In this document: piece by piece, positions 58,851 through 64,000 of the stretch
How the letters are laid out: every line of letters starts with the position of its first letter
Numbering within the stretch: position 1 is the first letter of the stretch
Assembly (NCBI RefSeq): GCF_009914755.1
Contig: NC_060940.1
Direction: 5' to 3' (one strand)
Source: the human T2T-CHM13v2.0 reference genome, Homo sapiens
DNA length: 64,000 nucleotides
Notes under the pieces: model-generated
The model's database searches: none
What the model was told of the DNA's origin: nothing
Seen by the model: the letters and a program-made list of their open reading frames with translations, nothing else
Program-made: the position numbers and the translations under genes

Positions 58851-60665
58851 TACCATCTTCTATTTTCTACTTTAGACAACTAGCTACATCTGCCTTCTGT
58901 TGAAAATTCCATGCCAATTCCACTGCTGCCAACAATTTTCAGAGATGAGTTACTTCCCAACACCTCCCCACAGGCCCCAAGAAAGAAGCTTATTCATAAT
59001 CTCATTTGACTCTTTAATATCCAAAAAGTCCAGGGAAGCCAAAGCTAGTAAACGGGGCCCAGACCTTAAGTCCTTTGCCTCCAAATCCAATGATCTACTT
59101 TTAAAAACCCAATTTAATTATGCAGCAACATTAAAAACTAAACTTAGGGATAAAAAAGGTTTTACCATCAGTTTGACATGCCTCAAACCAAAAAAAAGTC
59201 ATCCTTCCTCTGCAAATAAGCATTCCTTCTTCACTTCCTATCATGCTGCTGCACTGCCAGACATCATTTGACAACGAACCCCAAACGACTCCAAGGATTC
59301 TATCAATGAAAATGCCCAGGCACTGTCTGTACCATTTTACAACACAGTCTAACCTCCAAGCAGAATTTCCAATTATTTAGCTGTCTTGCTAGCTTTCTCC
59401 CTCATATTCCTGGTATGGTGGTGTGCACAGCAGCAAGACTGAAGGAACAAGGAAGGAGCTAAAATGTTAACAAATAGCAAATCTTGTAAATATTTCATTC
59501 TACAAGACCCAAAGGCAGAATTCTAAAAACTACTCTTACTTTTTGACAACCGAGGAGACGTTTGCTATCTGTAGGGTTGGCAATTTCCACAAAAAGCCAA
59601 AATACATAATTTGTAGCTTTGCTGAGTCATGAAAGCTGACTAGCATGCCCTGATTGTCCAGGAGATCAAGTCTGACCTTGTGAGGGATTACTACCAAATT
59701 CCTAAAACCTGCATCTCAATATGGCTTTGTTGTTCTCTATTGGATTCTTAAAGTGATTTTTAAAATTTACTCTATTTGAAGAAATGATCACCACAGAAGG
59801 ACGATCTCCTTCTTTATCAAATATAACCTTTAAATTATAAATGATAATCAGCTTGCCCACCTTTTTAGAATTAAAAAGAATAACCTTTCACTGAACATAA
59901 TACAAATTTACCATTTCTCCGTGTTCATTGGGCTTATGCATAGGAGAAAATTTTAGGGCAAACTAAAAAGGTGGTTAACCTGTGATGTAATGATTTTCAG
60001 AGGAACACATGAGTAAATGTGATCAAGTACAAAGCTAGAGTCCTATCAAGTGCTTCTAACATTCAAGAATTTAGGTGATTACTGGAGGGGTTTTTCATGA
60101 ATAGTTCCAGATTTATTCTTTGAGTAGGGTCTACAGTATACAATATGGACATTAAAAATATACAAGTGCAATGTTAAAATCAAAATAACATACACTAGGC
60201 TGGGCACTGTGGCTCACACCTGTAATCCCAGCACTTTGGGAAGTTGAGACAGGAGGATCGCTTGAGCTCAGAAGTTCAAAACCAGCCTGGGCAATATGGC
60301 AAGACCCTGTCTCTACTAAAAATACAAAAAAAAAAAAAACCCCAAAAAACAAACAAACAAAAAAATAGATGGGCATGATGGTGCACCAGTTGTCCCAGCT
60401 ACTTGGGAGGCTGAGATGGGAGGATTGCTTGGGCCCAGGGGCGAAGGTTGCAGTGATCCCAGATCACACCACTGTACTCCAGCCAGGGCGACAGAGCAAG
60501 ACCATCTCAAAAACAAAAACCCCCCAAAACATACACTAGTGACCACATTCTTCAGAAGCTTCTAAAAAAATATTTTTTTTAAAAAAAATCCCAGAACCCT
60601 TTCAAGGATAGCTCACTTGGGTACCCAATAAGTAAAAACCAAATCGACAGAGCAGCAGAGTTTCA

Positions 60666-60878
<213 letters not shown>

Positions 60879-60965
60879 TCACACACACACAAAAAAGACC
60901 AAGGCCAGGCGCGGTGGCTCCCGCTTTTAATCCCAGCACTTTGGGAGGCTGAGGCAGGCAGATCA

Positions 60966-61301
<336 letters not shown>

Positions 61302-61421
61302 TTAACTTCACCAGTGTTCAGTGTTGCTCCAGGGACTCCAAACAGATCTAACCTATTTCTCACAAGCAAGAAGTACTTCTGAATAAAACAAAATACAAAA
61401 AACTAAAAAAAGGAAAATCAC

Positions 61422-61618
61422 CTCATGTTCTTTCTCCTGTAGCAAAAGAACAATGTCTCCGGGTTCCACTCCTGGGGCCTGGTCTGCTTCCCCAGTGAAT
61501 GTAATTCTCTGTCCATGTTTCATGCCTTTGTCTACGTGGACTTCAAGAATCTTGACTTCTTTAATCACCTTCTTCCCTTCACATTTTTTACAGCGGTCTT
61601 TTTCATTAATTACCTCTC
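61422..61618 (-). CDS. DNAJA2: DnaJ homolog subfamily A member 2, exon 6 (197 bp)
   Basis: Minus strand ttccAG|GA GAG GTA...CAT GAG|GTgatt; (G)[65 protein letters not shown]; last CxxCxG zinc-finger repeat of a class A J-protein. Confidence 0.96.
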
Positions 61619-63164
61619 CTGGAAAGAGAAGTCATTGAAACTTTCAGCAAGAGTACTATACTGTACTCTTAATACCCTTATTCTTTAAATATGCTTTCTG
61701 GACTTCTTTTAATCACTACCTAAATTTTTATTCAAAGCAGCATTCTGAGGCCAAGCACAGTGGCTCAAGCCTGCAATCCCAGCATTTTGCGAGGTCAGGG
61801 TGGTAGGATCACTTGAGCTCAGGATCTGAGACCAGCCTAGCAACACAGTGAGACCTTGCCTCTACTACAAATAAAAAAAGTTAGCCGGCGTGGTAGTGCA
61901 CACCTGTAATCCTGGCTACTGGGGAGGCTGAGGAGGGAGGACTGCTGGAGTTCGAGGCTGCAGTTAGTTATAATCATGCCACTGCACCCCAGTCTGGGTG
62001 ACAGTGTGAGGCCATGTCTCAAAACAAAACAAAAAAAAGCACTATTCTGAATAACAAAAACTTACATCTTACTACTGCAGACTGCCTGAAGGACTCAGCT
62101 TCCCACTATTTCAGAATGTAATGTATCCATACCATGTTTAGGGCAACACAGCTTTTCTCTTATAATTATGGTATTAAAAAGCAAAACCGTGATTATACAT
62201 ATTATAGTGTGAAAAAACTGCGTCACTTTCTAATGGCTAATTACCAGCACATTTGAAGGCTTAGAAAGAAGTGTATAACTGATTATTTAGGGACTGTTTC
62301 TGTAACAGTACTTGTGCAAAGTATGTTCTGCAAAACACGTTCTTCAAAATGGTAATAGTGGCCGGGCATGGTGGCTCACACCTGTAATCCCAGCCCTTTG
62401 GGAGGCGAAGGCGGGAGGATCACCTGAGGTCAGGAGTTTGAGACCAGCCTGGCCAACACGGCAAAACCCCGTCTCCACTGAAAATACAAAAATCAGCCGG
62501 GCGTGGTGGCAGGCGCCTGTAATCCCAGCTACTCAGGAGGCCGAGGCAGCAGAATCACTTGAACCAGGGAGGCAGAGGCTTCGGTGAGCTGAGATCACGC
62601 AACTGCACTCTAGCCTGGGCAACAGAGCAAGACTCCGTCTCACAAAAAAAAAAAAAAAAGAAAAAAGAAAAATGTAATGGTACATGAGAAAGATTTCAGT
62701 TAACTTTGGTTTCTTGATAGTGGGAGTTAGCAATTATAATAAAATAAAAGCAGGCCAAGAGTGGTGGCTAACACCTGTAATCCCAGCCCTTTGGGAGGCT
62801 GGGGCAGGAGAATTACTTGAACCCAGGAGTTCGAGACCAGCCTGGGCAACGTGGCAAAACCCCATCTCTACAAGAAATACAAAAATTAGCTGGGCGTGGT
62901 GGCAAGCACCTATGGTCTCAGCTAATTGTGGGGCGAGGGGCTGAGGTGGAAGGATTGCTTCAGCGTGGGCGGTGGAGGCTGCGGTGAGCCGAGAGTGTGC
63001 CACTGCACTCCAGCCCAGGCGACAGCAAGACCCTATCTCCAAAAATAATAATAATTTAAAAAAATAAAGTAAAATGCCAAGACTCTCCAGGAAGGAAATA
63101 TCATATGTAACTTCTCATAATTATCTCATCACTTCCAATAGCAATTTGGAAAAGGATGCTATTG

Positions 63165-63525
63165 AACTATACTGTCAAATATGGTAGCCACTATCAACCT
63201 GTAGCTACTTGTTTATGTTTAAATTAATTCAAATTTAAAATAGTTCTCCAGTCACACTAGCCACATGTGAAATATGCAGTAGTCACAGGTGATTAATGGC
63301 TACTGTACTGGACACTGCAGATACAGAACATTTCCATCATCACAGAAAAAAATTCTATTGGATAGCACTGCTCTAGAATGGCAGGGGTGGGAGGAGCTAT
63401 GTGTTTTTATAATTAAAATTTTAATCAGAACACAGCCATATCCATGTGTCTGTGGCCATAAAAGCACTAAAAGGTCAGAGATGAGTAGTTGTGACAAAAA
63501 CTATTTGGCCCACAAAGACTAAATT
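63165..63525. mobile_element. MER3/MER33-like element followed by a MER58-like fragment
   Basis: aatatggtagccacta...cagtcacactagccacat...gaacatttccatcatcacagaaa...ttctattggatagcactgctctag; then gagtagttgtgaca...tggcccacaaag. Confidence 0.65.
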
Positions 63526-64000
63526 ATTTACTTCTGTAAGGACAGCTTCAATCTCAAGATCAATTCTGAAAAGCTAACTAAAGGTTACAGTGAAATCTTC
63601 CACTTATCAGAATAACTAAACAACTACTTGTTTAGTTATTTATTATTTGATTATTTGTCCCTTTGTAGTTTAAAAGGTTCTATGTGATAAAGGAGATAGT
63701 CCTCCTATGGTGGTCATTCCTACAGAGAGAGTAAATAAAAGGTTATATTTGATAAAGAAGGAAATAGCAAAGGGACAAATAATCACCTTGCTCCTCTTTT
63801 CTGAATTAAAAAGAGTCACCTTTCACTAACACAATACAAATCTACTGTTTCTCTATGTTCACTGGGCTTAGGCATAATGGAGTAATTACTTTCACACTTT
63901 TATCTTTTATTTTTTGCAACAGGGTCTTGTTCTGTCACCCTGGCTGAAGTGCACTGGTATGATCACAGATCACTGCTCCCTCGAACTCCTGGGCTCAAGC

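Noticed and set aside
59846-59942. Box C/D snoRNA call for the duplicated element
   Set aside because: Copy 1 has a CTGA near its end but no RTGATGA box C, and copy 2 has GTGA at that position
59983-59991. TGATGTAAT, a C/EBP-ATF (ATF4) response element-like 9-mer
   Set aside because: A single short motif is expected by chance in 64 kb, and it lies far from the GPT2 promoter

Overview
Primate (almost certainly human, chr16q11-12) genomic DNA, very rich in Alu repeats. The + strand carries the last eight coding exons of GPT2 (mitochondrial alanine aminotransferase 2; exons 5-12 in the canonical numbering as I recall it, 3706-25860) and its ~2.3 kb 3'UTR. The - strand carries the last four coding exons of DNAJA2 (HSP40 co-chaperone; exons 6-9, 61618 down to 53842) and its 3'UTR. 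The genes converge across ~24 kb of mostly transposon-derived DNA: Alu, old L1/L2/MIR, two MER41 LTRs, other ERV1/MaLR LTRs and MER/Tigger DNA transposons. All 12 exons have AG/GT boundaries with consistent phases. Nearly all other ORFs in the track are Alu or simple-repeat artefacts. I see no new protein-coding system. The most unusual signals are non-coding and cluster in DNAJA2 introns 5-6: a non-Alu ~180-bp element present in both introns and partly inverted, so the two introns can base-pair across exon 6; fold-back and templated-insertion scars; and a well-formed candidate 85-nt poison exon. Also notable are a MER41B-type LTR with intact tandem GAS sites, strong CTCF motifs, and a non-Alu inverted repeat in GPT2 intron 9. 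Repeat boundaries and family names were judged by eye and are approximate.
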